A stretch of 64,000 bases of DNA from Halorutilales archaeon Cl-col2-1 (GCA_041891055.1 CP169074.1:1440001-1504000); one strand, 5' to 3'. Shown: positions 25,883-36,606, numbered from the stretch's first letter. The notes: generated by a model not told the origin, from the sequence alone. Numbers and translations are program-made.

Positions 25883-27304
25883 ATGGGAGAACTCCGTATC
25901 ACGAACACGCTCACGGGCGAGAAGGAGGTCTTCGAGCCGCGCGACTCGGACTCGGAAGACAGTGTTGTCTCTCTCTACGTCTGCGGACTCACGGTTAGTG
26001 ACGACCCACATCTCGGACACGCACGTACGTGGGTCTCCTTCGATGTCCTTCACAGGTACTTGGAGCACAAGGGCTACGAGGTCAGGCATGTCGAGAACAT
26101 CACCGACATCGACGACAAGATCATAGACAGAGCCCACGACGAGGACGTCTCCCCGAGCGAGGTCGCGTCGAGGTACTCGCACCAGGTCTACGACGACATG
26201 AGGGCTCTCAACCTCAGACGTGTCAACGTCCGTCCGCGCGTGACACAACACGTCGACGACATAGCCGAGATGGTAGGGACTCTGATCGAGAAGGGCTATG
26301 CCTACGAGTCAGGCGGCGACGTCTACTTCGACGTCTCGGAGTTCGAGGAGTACGGCAAGCTCTCGGGACAGAAGCTCGAAGAGCTCGAGTCGCAGGGCGA
26401 GGAGTCTGGAAAGAAACGCGATCCCGCCGACTTCGCTCTCTGGAAGAAGTCGAAGGAGGGCGAGCCTTCGTGGGAGTCGCCGTGGGGCGAGGGACGTCCG
26501 GGATGGCACATAGAGTGCTCGGCGATGAGCACGACACATCTCGGCGAGAGTATCGACATACACGGAGGCGGACGTGATCTAGTCTTCCCCCACCACGAGA
26601 ACGAGATAGCACAGACAGAGGCAGCGACCGACCACGACTTCGCGCGGTACTGGATGCACGTCGGTCCTCTCAGGGTCGAGGGCGAGAAGATGTCGACGTC
26701 TCTCTCGAACTTCTGGACCGTACACGACGCACTCGACGAGTACTCGGCGAACGAGATACGTGCCTTCCTGATATCGACACAGTACGCTAAGCCACAGAGC
26801 TTCGACGACGGGTCTCTCGAGGAGGGCGCGAAGAGATGGGAGAGGATCGAGAACGCCGTACGTACGTGTGAGGACGCGATGGACTCCGACGCCGCGAAGG
26901 CTAAGGAGACCGACGAGAGCCTGAGGGAGACAGCCTCGGTAGCCGAGGAGAGATTCGAGGAGGCGATGGACGACGACCTCAACACCCCCGAGGCACTCGC
27001 AGTTCTCTTCGATCTCGTCAACGAGGTAAACGCCCACGTCGAGGACAACGAAGTCTACGACTACGAGGGACTCTTCGAGGCGTGGAGGACTCTGAGAGAA
27101 CTCGGCGAGGTTCTCGGATTCGACTTCTCGGAGGGACGCAGTACTGAGGGTCTGTCTGACAGCCTCATAGAACTACTCCTCGACCTGAGAGAGGATGAGA
27201 GGCAGAAGGGCAACTACGAGACAGCCGACTCCATAAGGGACGGTATACGTGACCTGGGGGTTGAGGTCGAGGACACCGACGAAGGCACGACGTATAGATA
27301 CTAG
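25883..27304 (+). CDS. cysS: Cysteine--tRNA ligase
   Basis: YVCGLTV..PHLGHAR, DFALWK, GRPGWHIECSAM, DIHGGG.DL.FPHHENE, KMSTS. Confidence 0.96.
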   Translation: MGELRITNTLTGEKEVFEPRDSDSEDSVVSLYVCGLTVSDDPHLGHARTWVSFDVLHRYLEHKGYEVRHVENITDIDDKIIDRAHDEDVSPSEVASRYSHQVYDDMRALNLRRVNVRPRVTQHVDDIAEMVGTLIEKGYAYESGGDVYFDVSEFEEYGKLSGQKLEELESQGEESGKKRDPADFALWKKSKEGEPSWESPWGEGRPGWHIECSAMSTTHLGESIDIHGGGRDLVFPHHENEIAQTEAATDHDFARYWMHVGPLRVEGEKMSTSLSNFWTVHDALDEYSANEIRAFLISTQYAKPQSFDDGSLEEGAKRWERIENAVRTCEDAMDSDAAKAKETDESLRETASVAEERFEEAMDDDLNTPEALAVLFDLVNEVNAHVEDNEVYDYEGLFEAWRTLRELGEVLGFDFSEGRSTEGLSDSLIELLLDLREDERQKGNYETADSIRDGIRDLGVEVEDTDEGTTYRY

Positions 27305-27888
27305 ACATCGACGGGACAGCCAGCGACCTCGCCGCCCCTCATTCCGTCGGCGATCCAGTAGACAGAGACTAGGAGAGCGAGCGCCGCAAGGACGGAAAAC
27401 TCGACGCCGTCAAACGGCAGGAAGGCGAGACCTCCGACGACTCCAAAGACCGAGAGGATTCCGGCGAGAACGGCGGTTCCACACGCCGCACATCCGGCTC
27501 CGAGGACGCCGAGAAAGAGACCCACAGCACTTCCGGAGCCCTCACGTACCGAGACTCCGTTTTCCTTGAAATGGTAGGCGAGCATCGAGAGGTTGACCCC
27601 GAAGAGTCCTGCGACGCCTACGATGAAAGTCGACATCACGAAGGGGTACGAAGGGCTCACGAAGGGGTAGAGACCCTGGAGGATTCCGAGGCGCGCGCCG
27701 AGGGGCAGGCTTCCGGTGACAACTGTGTCTAAGAAGAGCGCCATGTTCTGTGAGATTACGAGGACGTTTAGACCCACGAACCCCGCGACGGCTGCGAGTA
27801 CGGCATAGGCGGGGATCGAGAGAACGAGACGCGCAGTCCTCGCCATGAGACGGAAGTCATCCTTACGTTTGGGTACCGTGAGACTCAT
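27301..27888 (-). CDS. Membrane protein with CxxC (GAGCAACG) and C-terminal GCP
   Basis: About 4 TM segments; apparently co-transcribed with the DsbA-like gene (7-bp gap). Confidence 0.7.
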   Translation of the reverse strand: MSLTVPKRKDDFRLMARTARLVLSIPAYAVLAAVAGFVGLNVLVISQNMALFLDTVVTGSLPLGARLGILQGLYPFVSPSYPFVMSTFIVGVAGLFGVNLSMLAYHFKENGVSVREGSGSAVGLFLGVLGAGCAACGTAVLAGILSVFGVVGGLAFLPFDGVEFSVLAALALLVSVYWIADGMRGGEVAGCPVDV

Positions 27889-27895
27889 TGTTATG

Positions 27896-28624
27896 TTATA
27901 GCTGGAGAGCGTTCTCGAAGACGGAGTAGCCTCTCGCTCCCTCTACCTTGGTGACGTACTCGCCCGACTTGAAGAGTGTGAAGGTCGGAGTCGCCCTTAT
28001 ACCCGAGTTCCTTCCAGCCTCCATGTCGTCCTGTATCTCCTCGTCGTAGCCGTGGTTCCTCGCTTCCTCAACGACCGCCGCGGCATCGAGGTCGGTGTTC
28101 TGGCTGAGATACGACTGGGTCTCGTCGAGGACGTTGTCGGTCGATATCGAGTCCTGGTTCGAGAAGTAGAACTCCTTGAGATCCCAGTATGCGTCGGCGT
28201 CACGCGAGTAGACGGCTTCGAGCGACTGCGCCGCGGGATTGCCCCAGTCCTTGACTATGGGCATGAGACGTGAGTAGTAGGTTACCTTGCCCGTGTCTAT
28301 GAGCTCCGACTTTATCTGAGGGAGAGTGTTGTCGTCGAACCTCGCACAGAATGGGCACCCCGGACCCTCGAATGAGACAATGACCGCCTGTGTCTCGGAC
28401 GGCGGGTCTCCGAGGTGGGGCTCGTCTTGTATTCCGACGGTCGACGAGTGGCTCTCGAATGTCTCTGTCGCGTCGGACTGAGATTCAGAACCAGATCCAG
28501 ACCCGGAGTCAGAAGCCCCTGTCTCAGAACCGCCCCCACCTGTCATTCCTGTACATCCCGCGACCGAGACGGCTCCTACGGCACCCGCTATACGGAGGAA
28601 GTTTCTTCTGCGTCTGTCGTCCAT
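27896..28624 (-). CDS. Tat-exported DsbA-family thioredoxin lipoprotein
   Basis: RRNFL twin-arginine, VAGC lipobox, CPFC, ATPTF cis-Pro loop. Confidence 0.88.
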   Translation of the reverse strand: MDDRRRRNFLRIAGAVGAVSVAGCTGMTGGGGSETGASDSGSGSGSESQSDATETFESHSSTVGIQDEPHLGDPPSETQAVIVSFEGPGCPFCARFDDNTLPQIKSELIDTGKVTYYSRLMPIVKDWGNPAAQSLEAVYSRDADAYWDLKEFYFSNQDSISTDNVLDETQSYLSQNTDLDAAAVVEEARNHGYDEEIQDDMEAGRNSGIRATPTFTLFKSGEYVTKVEGARGYSVFENALQL

Positions 28625-28675
28625 ACTCAGTCTTGTACTTCGAGTAATAAATCCCTGTTCCCTCTTTCGGGTTCT

Positions 28676-29236
28676 CTACTCACACAGAGAGATGAAGTTC
28701 TCGAATACTTCGAGACCCATCTCGGTGTGTGACACCTCGGGGTGCCACTGGACGCCGTATAAGGGAAGAGACTCGTGGCGCATAGCCTCTATCTCACAGA
28801 TCTCACTCGTCGCTGTCTTGACGAAGTCGTCGGGTAGCTCCTTGACCTCGTCGCCGTGGGACGCCCACGTCGATATACTGTCGTCGAATCCCTCGAACAG
28901 ACCCTCTTTTTCGAGTATCTCGACCTCGACGTCGGCGAAACCTCCGTAGTTCCCCTCGTCGACTACCCCTCCGAACTCGTCGGCTATTATCTGATGACCG
29001 AGACAGATTCCGAGGACTGGAACCTGTACGTCGGGCGAGAGGTAGTCGCGCGAGTTCCCCGCCTCTTCGATAGAGGGTCCGCCGCTGAGTATTATGCCGT
29101 CGGGGTCGTCGGTGAGGACGTTCTTGGACGGAACCGAGTTGTCGACTATATCGTGTTCGACTCCCAGGTCGCGCATCGCCCTGCCTTCGAGATGTGTGAA
29201 CTGTCCTCCGTTGTCGACTATAACGATACGTGTCAT
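28676..29236 (-). CDS. guaAa: GMP synthase glutamine amidotransferase subunit A
   Basis: DNGGQFTH, LSGGP, GICLGHQ, QWHPEV. Confidence 0.92.
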   Translation of the reverse strand: MTRIVIVDNGGQFTHLEGRAMRDLGVEHDIVDNSVPSKNVLTDDPDGIILSGGPSIEEAGNSRDYLSPDVQVPVLGICLGHQIIADEFGGVVDEGNYGGFADVEVEILEKEGLFEGFDDSISTWASHGDEVKELPDDFVKTATSEICEIEAMRHESLPLYGVQWHPEVSHTEMGLEVFENFISLCE

Positions 29237-29292
29237 TGGTGGCTCTTAGTCCCGTCTCACATTAACGTCTGTCATTCAGTCTTCTGTGCTCG

Positions 29293-30039
29293 TCATGCAC
29301 CCGAAGCCTCGGGGGGCTCTTCCTCGGCTGAGCCGGACGTGAACCTCAGGAGAAAGAGTGTAAGCTCGAAGAGTGTGACCATAGTAGCCGCGACGATTAT
29401 CGCCGCCATTCCGCTCGGGTCGGGAGCGAACAGGAAGGCGACGCTCAGGAAAGTGAGCCAGACGATTATCCTCTTCGAAGCTAGCCAGTCGCGCGAGGTG
29501 ACGTTCATCTTGACAGCGAGGAAGATCACGAGAGGAATCTGGAAGACTACACCGAGTCCGAGAGACAGGAGGATTATGAGGCTGAATGTCTCGGAGAGTC
29601 CAAGACCCGAGTCGGCGACTGGCTCGGAGTACCTCAGGAAGTAGTCGAAGACCGCGGGAAGTGCGACGAAGTAGGAGAATACGAGTCCGAGTGCGACGAG
29701 GATCACCGAGACGGGCGCGACAGCGATGTAGTACTTTCTCTCGTGGGGGTAGAGTCCGGGCTTCATGAAAGCGAATGTCTCGTAGACGAGAACGGGTACC
29801 GCCGCGGCTACGCCAGCCATCGCACTGAACTTGAGACGCGTAAGTATCAGACCGAACGGCTTGTAGACACGTATCTCGGTGTTCGGGAGGAAGTTGTACC
29901 AAATCGTCCGTATCATCTCGGTCGAGAAGTAGAAGACGACGATCATTCCGACCGAAATCACGAAGAGGACGACGAGGAGACGTCTGACCATCTCCTCTAT
30001 GTGTGCGGTGAGAGGGAGCTCCTCGTCCTCAAGCGACAT
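29293..30039 (-). CDS. tatC: Twin-arginine translocase TatC (single-domain, TatCo)
   Basis: PL..HIEEM..RL, FMKPGLYPHE, FQIPL, PDP. Confidence 0.9.
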   Translation of the reverse strand: MSLEDEELPLTAHIEEMVRRLLVVLFVISVGMIVVFYFSTEMIRTIWYNFLPNTEIRVYKPFGLILTRLKFSAMAGVAAAVPVLVYETFAFMKPGLYPHERKYYIAVAPVSVILVALGLVFSYFVALPAVFDYFLRYSEPVADSGLGLSETFSLIILLSLGLGVVFQIPLVIFLAVKMNVTSRDWLASKRIIVWLTFLSVAFLFAPDPSGMAAIIVAATMVTLFELTLFLLRFTSGSAEEEPPEASGA

Positions 30040-30178
30040 TACGAAGGCGTAGTCGTCAGATGGGTTTATAGCTTGTGTCTCACGTCAGACCGTCCTACTC
30101 GGGTCTGTGGAATGTACGGTGTCGTCCGAGTTCGAGTAAGTCGAAAGAGTTGATAGTCTCAAGAAGAAAGACACGGTA

Positions 30179-31927
30179 ATGGCTGAGGGTCTCGACGCCG
30201 GCGTCTTCTACAACGGTGTCGCCGAAGTCGCCGACTCGGCGCGGAAGCATCTCATCAAGATAGTCGTGACTTTCCTGATCGGGATGCTGGCGACGATAGC
30301 CTTTCTACGTGTCTACTTCTTCGAAGCCGTCGAGAAAGAGCAGTTGGCTCTCGTCAAGGGCGTCAGGATAGTCTATGTCGAGCCTTTCGAGGTCATACTT
30401 CTTCAGGCGAAGATAGGTATGATCGCAGGCGCGATACTCGTTCTACCTCTGGTTGTCTACTACGGCAGGAAGCCTCTCAGAGAGAGAGGTGTGCTACCGG
30501 ATCCGAGCGATATACCCAACAAGAAGACGTTAGCCGTCTTCGGTGTCTTCGTGGTAGCTCTCTTCGTCGGCGGCGTGGCGTATGCCTACCTCTTCATGCT
30601 GCCGTTCATATTCCGTTTCGTCTCACAGGCGGCTACACAGCAGGGAATCGAGCCCACCTACCGTATATCGAAGTTCGTGACCTTTGTACTCGCCTACTCG
30701 GCAATATTCGGCTTCGCTGCGGAGCTGCCGTTGGCTATGACGTTCGCGGTCAAGTCAGGAATCACGACCTACGACTTTCTCAAGTCGAAGTGGAGACATT
30801 TCACCGTAGTCGCGGCGTTCGTCTCGGCTATGATCACTTCTCCCGACCCGATGACTCAGTTAGTCGTCCTGGGTCCGATAGTCGGAATCTACTTCGTGGG
30901 TCTCGGCGTCATAAGAGTGGTCGCACCGAGAAAGATCAAGCGCGACAGGGAGATGAGACGTAATCTCTCCGACGAGGACTCGGGTCTTGGACTCTTCGAG
31001 GGGTCGGACGACAGTAGCAGTGACAGTGAGAGTGTAGTCGAAGGGTCGGAGACGGAGTCCGAGGCTTCGAGCGGGACTGAGAGTGGAGACACGGAGGACT
31101 CAGAGCCGAAGTCCTTAGAGGACAGGGGTCTGATAGACGTAGCTTCGTCGGTCGGAGGTGCTCTTAGGACACACACCGCAAAGCTTCTGGGTGTCTTCTT
31201 AGTTGTCACGGGTGGCGTCTTCTACTGGCTCCTCTACGCGGGTATAGAGATTATACAGAGGCAGACTGTGTCGCACATGTCGGGGAGTCTCCAAAGCCAA
31301 GTTAACCTCGTGATGCTAGAGCCCTTCGAGATGGTCTTCCTCGTTGTCAAGATCAGTCTCATAGCGGGCGTCGTCGCGCTGGTTCCCGTGGTACTCTACT
31401 ACTCGTGGAGTATACTCGTCTCCGAGGGCATCGTCTCAGGAGACGGCTCGAAGCTATTCTACGTCTCACGCGCCCTGATACTCGCGGCTCTATTCGCGGG
31501 CGGAGCCGCCTACTCGTACTTCGGGATGGTTCCTGTCCTCGTGAGTCTTCTGTCACAGTCGATAGTCGACAGCGGTATGCTCGCGACCTACACGATACAG
31601 GAGTTCATCAACTTCGTCCTGATGATCTCGTTCGTCTTCGGCGTAATAGCCGAAATGCCGGCGGTGATGTACGTACTCGTCTCGACGAAGGTAGTGAAAT
31701 ACGAGACGCTCAAGTCGAAGTGGCGCGAGTTCACTGTAGGAGTCTTCGCACTCGGAGCTATAATCACCTCGCCCGACCCGTTCACGATGGTAGTCGTCGC
31801 GGTTCCGCTCTCGGGGTTCTACCTCGTCTCTCTCGGAATCACGAGAGTGGTCTGCCACACCAAGATAAAGGAGGTGCGTGAGGAGAACGAGAGCTTCGGA
31901 GTCGTAGAGGACGGAGGTGGAGAGTAG
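30179..31927 (+). CDS. tatC: Twin-arginine translocase TatC (tandem-domain, TatCt)
   Basis: Two TatC repeats (EPFE, AELP/AEMP, KWR.F, TSPDP) joined by an acidic linker. Confidence 0.9.
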   Translation: MAEGLDAGVFYNGVAEVADSARKHLIKIVVTFLIGMLATIAFLRVYFFEAVEKEQLALVKGVRIVYVEPFEVILLQAKIGMIAGAILVLPLVVYYGRKPLRERGVLPDPSDIPNKKTLAVFGVFVVALFVGGVAYAYLFMLPFIFRFVSQAATQQGIEPTYRISKFVTFVLAYSAIFGFAAELPLAMTFAVKSGITTYDFLKSKWRHFTVVAAFVSAMITSPDPMTQLVVLGPIVGIYFVGLGVIRVVAPRKIKRDREMRRNLSDEDSGLGLFEGSDDSSSDSESVVEGSETESEASSGTESGDTEDSEPKSLEDRGLIDVASSVGGALRTHTAKLLGVFLVVTGGVFYWLLYAGIEIIQRQTVSHMSGSLQSQVNLVMLEPFEMVFLVVKISLIAGVVALVPVVLYYSWSILVSEGIVSGDGSKLFYVSRALILAALFAGGAAYSYFGMVPVLVSLLSQSIVDSGMLATYTIQEFINFVLMISFVFGVIAEMPAVMYVLVSTKVVKYETLKSKWREFTVGVFALGAIITSPDPFTMVVVAVPLSGFYLVSLGITRVVCHTKIKEVREENESFGVVEDGGGE

Positions 31928-32007
31928 TGGGTCACGGATACGGGGACGAGGGAAGCGAGGAGGACTCTGTCCGTCAGTATAAGTAAGACGAGCGCGAACT
32001 GGGGAGT

Positions 32008-33174
32008 ATGTCCAAAGAGGGAGAACACGAGTTCGGAGAGTACGGAGGACGTTATGTCCCCGAGATGTTAGAGGAGCCTCTCGAAGAGCTCGCCGACGAC
32101 TACGACGAGATAAAGGACAGTCCCGAGTTCGAGGAGAAGCTAGACGGTCTTCTGCGTGACTTCGCGGGACGTCCGACACCTCTCTACCACGCAGAGACAC
32201 TCTCCGAGAGGTTCGGCGCGAAGATATACCTCAAACGTGAGGATCTCCTACACGGCGGCGCGCACAAGATCAACAACGCCCTCGGTCAGGCTCTCCTCAC
32301 TAAGGAGGCGGGAAAGAGCCGTCTCATAGCCGAGACGGGCGCGGGACAGCACGGTGTGGCGACTGCGATGGTGGGAGCGCTCTTAGACCTCGACACCGAG
32401 ATATACATGGGGAGGAAAGACGTCGAGAGACAGACGATGAACGTCTTCCGTATGCGTCTGATGGGAGCGGAGGTCAACGAGGTAACGAGGGGCGGCGAGG
32501 GGCTCGCCGATGCGGTCGACGCCGCTCTTGAGGACTTCGCTCAGAACATGGACGACACACATTACTTAGTCGGGTCGGTCGTAGGTCCCGATCCCTACCC
32601 GCGTATGGTTCGTGACTTCCAGTCGGTGATAGGCAAGGAGGCGCGCGAACAGATACTCGAAAAGGAGGGCGAACTCCCCGACGCCGCGGTGGCGTGTGTC
32701 GGAGGCGGCTCGAACGCCATAGGTCTCTTCCACGCCTTCAGGGACGACGACGTCGAGTTTTACGGAGCTGAGGGAGGCGGAGAAGGCAAGGGATCGGAGA
32801 GACACGCCGCGCCGCTTGCCGAGGGAGAGGAAGACGTACTCCACGGAATGAAGACACGTGTGATAGAAGACGACGTCGAGGTACACTCGGTCTCTGCGGG
32901 TCTCGACTACCCCGGCGTAGGACCCGAACACGCCATGTTCCGTGAGGTCGGACGGTGTGACTACCGCGCAGTAGAGGACGACGACGCTCTAGAGGCGTTC
33001 AGAAGCCTGAGCGAGGCAGAAGGCATAATTCCGGCTCTCGAATCGAGCCACGCTATAGCTCTCGCCGAGGAGATCGCTCAGGATATGGACAGAGACGATG
33101 TGATGATAGTCAACCTCTCAGGGAGGGGAGACAAGGACATGGAGACGGCGTCACAGAAGTTCGAACTGTCTTAA
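32008..33174 (+). CDS. trpB: Tryptophan synthase beta chain, stand-alone TrpB1-type paralog
   Basis: [19 protein letters not shown] lysine, [37 protein letters not shown]. Confidence 0.92.
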   Translation: MSKEGEHEFGEYGGRYVPEMLEEPLEELADDYDEIKDSPEFEEKLDGLLRDFAGRPTPLYHAETLSERFGAKIYLKREDLLHGGAHKINNALGQALLTKEAGKSRLIAETGAGQHGVATAMVGALLDLDTEIYMGRKDVERQTMNVFRMRLMGAEVNEVTRGGEGLADAVDAALEDFAQNMDDTHYLVGSVVGPDPYPRMVRDFQSVIGKEAREQILEKEGELPDAAVACVGGGSNAIGLFHAFRDDDVEFYGAEGGGEGKGSERHAAPLAEGEEDVLHGMKTRVIEDDVEVHSVSAGLDYPGVGPEHAMFREVGRCDYRAVEDDDALEAFRSLSEAEGIIPALESSHAIALAEEIAQDMDRDDVMIVNLSGRGDKDMETASQKFELS

Positions 33175-33183
33175 ACTTCTATT

Positions 33184-34029
33184 CTATTCTCTGAGCTGTC
33201 TTATTCTCTGTATGTTGTCGGAGTAGTCCTTGTCGTCGTCGACGGGGGTTTCGAGTATCATCGGAAGATCCTCGAAGACATCCGAGTTGACTAAGTTCGA
33301 GAAGCCGTCGTCTCCTATCTCGCCTTCGCCGATGTGCTGGTGGTTGTCCTTCTCGCTCCCGAGAGGATCCTTCGAGTCGTTGAGATGTAGTACCTCGACC
33401 TTGTCGAGACCTATCCCGTCTTCGACCGCCTCGACGGTATCTGCGAATCCGTCGGTGTCTGCGAGGTCGTAGCCAGCGGCGTGGGCGTGGCACGTGTCGA
33501 TACAGACGCCTAAGCTGTCGTCGTCTGTCTCTGCTTTCTGTATCATCTCGTCTAGCTCGTCGAATGTCTTCCCGAGAGTCGTCCCCTTTCCGGCGGTGTT
33601 TTCCAGCAGGAGGGTAACCGACTCAGGTATGTCGATCTCGTCGATACCCTCGGCGACCCTCTCGATGCCGTTGTCTCTCCCCGATCCTGTGTGCGCGCCG
33701 GGATGGAAGACGAAGTACTCTATGCCGAGTTTCGCGGCGGACTCTAACTCGGATTCGAGGCAGTTGATCGACTTCTCGAAGAGGTCGTCCTTCGGTGTCG
33801 CTAGGTTGATGAGGTAGGTCGAGTGTACGACGTAGGGATGCTGATCCGCCTCGTCTACTGCGGCTCTGAAGGCGTCGGCTTCGGCGTCGTCGTAGTCGGC
33901 GACCGACCACGTCCGGGGCGATCCCACGAATATCTGTCCACAGTTGCCGCCGTACTCCTCCTCCCTCTCTATCGCGTTCTCGACGCCGCCCGCGACTGAG
34001 ACGTGTGCTCCGACTTTGAAACCGGTCAT
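33184..34029 (-). CDS. nfo: Endonuclease IV
   Basis: GAHVSVAGG, HSTYLINL, FHPG, LLENTAG, IDTCH, HLNDSK, KDNHQHIG; start MTGFKV at 34029. Confidence 0.93.
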   Translation of the reverse strand: MTGFKVGAHVSVAGGVENAIEREEEYGGNCGQIFVGSPRTWSVADYDDAEADAFRAAVDEADQHPYVVHSTYLINLATPKDDLFEKSINCLESELESAAKLGIEYFVFHPGAHTGSGRDNGIERVAEGIDEIDIPESVTLLLENTAGKGTTLGKTFDELDEMIQKAETDDDSLGVCIDTCHAHAAGYDLADTDGFADTVEAVEDGIGLDKVEVLHLNDSKDPLGSEKDNHQHIGEGEIGDDGFSNLVNSDVFEDLPMILETPVDDDKDYSDNIQRIRQLRE

Positions 34030-34087
34030 AGACGGAGTTGGGTGGCTTAAGCAAAACCTGTTTCCCTTGTCCCCGAGAAGGGTCACC

Positions 34088-34720
34088 ATGGACGAGACAG
34101 ACGAACGCGAGAGGTGGGATGCGAAACACTCGAGCGACGAGTTCGAGCTTCCCGAGAACCCTGTACCTGAACTCGAACGCCTCGTCGACGAGTTCCCCGA
34201 CGGACGCGCGCTAGACGTCGCGACGGGGACGGGGAGAAACGCCGTCTTCCTCGCCGAGAAGGGCTACGAGGTCGACGCCTTAGACATCTCCGAGACGGCA
34301 CTCTCGGAGGCTCGTGAGACGGCGAAGGAGAGGGGGGTCGACGACGCCGTAAACTGGATACTCGCCGACGTAGACAGCTTCGACGTTCCGTGCGAGTGTT
34401 ACGACGTCGTCGTAGTGAGCTTCTTCCACGATCTCGGACTAATACCCGACCTAAAGGAGAGCCTCAGAGACGGCGGCGTGGTCGTCTACGAGCACCATCT
34501 CAGGTCGACTGACGAGGTCGACTACGGGCCTAGCGAAGACAGACACCGCCTGAGGTCGAACGATCTCCTTCGTGCTTTTCTGGACATGACTGTGCTCGTC
34601 TACAGGGAGGAGACACGCGTGGAGCACGAGGACGGCGAGGAGAGACGTGGCGCGGTAGCTACCGTAGTGGCGAGAAAGAGTTCCGGTGGAAGACAGTCGT
34701 ACCCCGAAACCGAGTACTAG
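34088..34720 (+). CDS. Class I SAM-dependent methyltransferase (TehB-like)
   Basis: ALDVATGTGRNAVFLA..GYEVDALDIS; ATG at 34088. Confidence 0.85.
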   Translation: MDETDERERWDAKHSSDEFELPENPVPELERLVDEFPDGRALDVATGTGRNAVFLAEKGYEVDALDISETALSEARETAKERGVDDAVNWILADVDSFDVPCECYDVVVVSFFHDLGLIPDLKESLRDGGVVVYEHHLRSTDEVDYGPSEDRHRLRSNDLLRAFLDMTVLVYREETRVEHEDGEERRGAVATVVARKSSGGRQSYPETEY

Positions 34721-35052
34721 CCCCGACGTTCACGTAGCTCGTCGAGGAGGTCGTCGAGTTGGATCTCCTTCGCGGCGAGGAGAACGAGTAGATGGTAGAT
34801 GAGGTCGGCGGACTCCTCGACTACCTCGCCGGTATCGTCGTCCTTCGCAGCTAAGACGACCTCGGTCGACTCCTCGCCTATCTTTTCGAGTACGGCGTTT
34901 ATCCCCTTCTCGTGTTCGAGGAGCGACGACGTGTAGCTCTCGGGCGAGGGGTTTTCACGTCTGTCCTCGACGACCTCGAAGAGTTCACGGAGTATCTGTG
35001 CCTGTGTGTCTGTGTCCCTGTCTCCGTCTTGGTCGGTGTCAGTATCAGTCAT
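34717..35052 (-). CDS. hisE: Phosphoribosyl-ATP pyrophosphatase
   Basis: ESYTSSL, KIGEESTEV, ESADLIYHLLV; ATG at 35052. Confidence 0.93.
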   Translation of the reverse strand: MTDTDTDQDGDRDTDTQAQILRELFEVVEDRRENPSPESYTSSLLEHEKGINAVLEKIGEESTEVVLAAKDDDTGEVVEESADLIYHLLVLLAAKEIQLDDLLDELRERRG

Positions 35053-35653
35053 TCTCAGTCTCCGTCTTGTCTTGGTCTTCGAGTACCATCCTGTGTATCC
35101 TGTAGTCTCCCGTAAGCTCGGGATGGAAGCTCGTTCCGACGACGGAGCCGTCACGTACTGCGACTACCGAGCCGTTGACCTCGGCGAGAGTCTCGACGTC
35201 GTCGCCGACCTCCTCGACAGCGGGCGCACGTATGAAGACGGCGTGGAACGGCTCGTCAAGTCCCTTGACGTCTATCTCTGCCTCGAACGACTCCTTCTGT
35301 CTCCCGAAGGCGTTCCTGTCGACGACTGCGTCTATGACACCGAGGCTCTCGACCCTGTCGTCCTGTGGGTCTCTCGACGATACTATGAGACCCGCACACG
35401 TCGCCAGCATCGGCTTTCGGTCATCGACGTGGGCGAGTATCTCGTCGGCGATTCCCTCCTCAGTTACGAGAGACGAGATCGTCGTACTTTCGCCCCCGGG
35501 GAGAACCAGAACGTCACAGTCGGGGACTACACCCGACGAACGTATCACGACAGTCTCGACATCTATCCCGAGGTACTCGCCCGCCTCCCTGACCGCGGTC
35601 TCGTGTTCGGAGACGTCCCCCTGGACTCCGATTATACCCACTTTGGTCGTCAT
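35045..35653 (-). CDS. pdxT: PLP synthase glutaminase subunit
   Basis: QGDVSEH, PGGESTT, ATCAG, RNAFGRQ, FIRAP, FHPEL. Confidence 0.95.
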   Translation of the reverse strand: MTTKVGIIGVQGDVSEHETAVREAGEYLGIDVETVVIRSSGVVPDCDVLVLPGGESTTISSLVTEEGIADEILAHVDDRKPMLATCAGLIVSSRDPQDDRVESLGVIDAVVDRNAFGRQKESFEAEIDVKGLDEPFHAVFIRAPAVEEVGDDVETLAEVNGSVVAVRDGSVVGTSFHPELTGDYRIHRMVLEDQDKTETEND

Positions 35654-35691
35654 GTGGTAAGAAAGAGTTAGATCTTCAGTTTTATTTTATT

Positions 35692-36606
35692 TCAGTTTCC
35701 GCGGTACTGGAGACGTTCTTCCTCCGAGAGTCCCGACGACGAACGTCCCTTCATTCCTCCGCCGACGTTCCTGGCGATGTCGGCGAGTTCGTCGGGGTCG
35801 TCGTAGTTGTTGACAGCCTCGACGACTGCGCGTCCCATCCTCTCGGGGTCTTCTGCGCCGAATATTCCGCTGCCGACGAATATTCCGTCACAGCCTAACT
35901 GCATCATGAGTGCGGCGTCTGCGGGTGTCGCAATTCCTCCCGCGGCGAAGTTGACGACAGGGAGACGTCCTTTCTCAGCGGCTTCGTTGACGAGGTCGAT
36001 GGGAGCCTCCATCTCACGTGCGAAGTTACGTCTCTCCTCCCAGTTCATGCCTTCGAGCTTACGTATCGCGCTCTTTATCCTCTTCTGGTGCTTGACGGCT
36101 TCGAGGACGTCTCCGGTACCCGCTTCTCCCTTCGTACGTATCATAGCCGCGCCCTCGTCTATACGTCTGAGAGCCTCGCCGAGGTCACGTGCTCCACAGA
36201 CGAAAGGCGTCGTGAACTCGGTCTTGTTGATGTGGTTTTTCTCATCGGCGGGTGTGAGAACCTCCGACTCGTCGAGCATGTCCATGCCTATCGACTCGAG
36301 TATCTGGGCTTCGGCGGTGTGTCCTATACGCACCTTGCCCATAACAGGTATAGAGACGGCGTCGAGTATCTCCTCGTTCTGTTCGACGGGTGCCATCCGT
36401 GCGACACCGCCTCTCTTCCTTATGTCGGCGGGGACTGCTTCGAGTGCCATGACGGCGACCGCACCGACCTCCTCGGCGATCTTCGCCTGTTCGGCGTTGA
36501 CGACATCCATTATGACGCCGCCCTTCTGCATGCTAGCGAAGCCGCGTTTCACGAGATCGGTCCCGCGTTTGAGGTTCTCTATATCCGTCTCTTGGGTTTC
36601 TGCCAT
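35692..36606 (-). CDS. pdxS: PLP synthase lyase subunit
   Basis: [49 protein letters not shown]; ATG at 36606. Confidence 0.96.
   Translation of the reverse strand: MAETQETDIENLKRGTDLVKRGFASMQKGGVIMDVVNAEQAKIAEEVGAVAVMALEAVPADIRKRGGVARMAPVEQNEEILDAVSIPVMGKVRIGHTAEAQILESIGMDMLDESEVLTPADEKNHINKTEFTTPFVCGARDLGEALRRIDEGAAMIRTKGEAGTGDVLEAVKHQKRIKSAIRKLEGMNWEERRNFAREMEAPIDLVNEAAEKGRLPVVNFAAGGIATPADAALMMQLGCDGIFVGSGIFGAEDPERMGRAVVEAVNNYDDPDELADIARNVGGGMKGRSSSGLSEEERLQYRGN

Noticed and set aside
25883-27304. CysRS KMSTS instead of KMSKS as a sign of inactivation
   Set aside because: Haloarchaeal CysRS commonly varies at this position, and all other catalytic and Zn motifs are intact.
30179-31927. 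Tandem-duplicated TatC as a novelty
   Set aside because: TatCo/TatCt pairs are established in haloarchaea.
35000-35075. Thr/Asp/Glu dipeptide runs (GAGACA/GACACA-like) at protein termini (hisE, cydA, antitoxin, methyltransferase, mutS) as a dispersed repeat family
   Set aside because: Irregular low-complexity acidic tails without a fixed unit or boundaries; best explained as halophilic disordered extensions.
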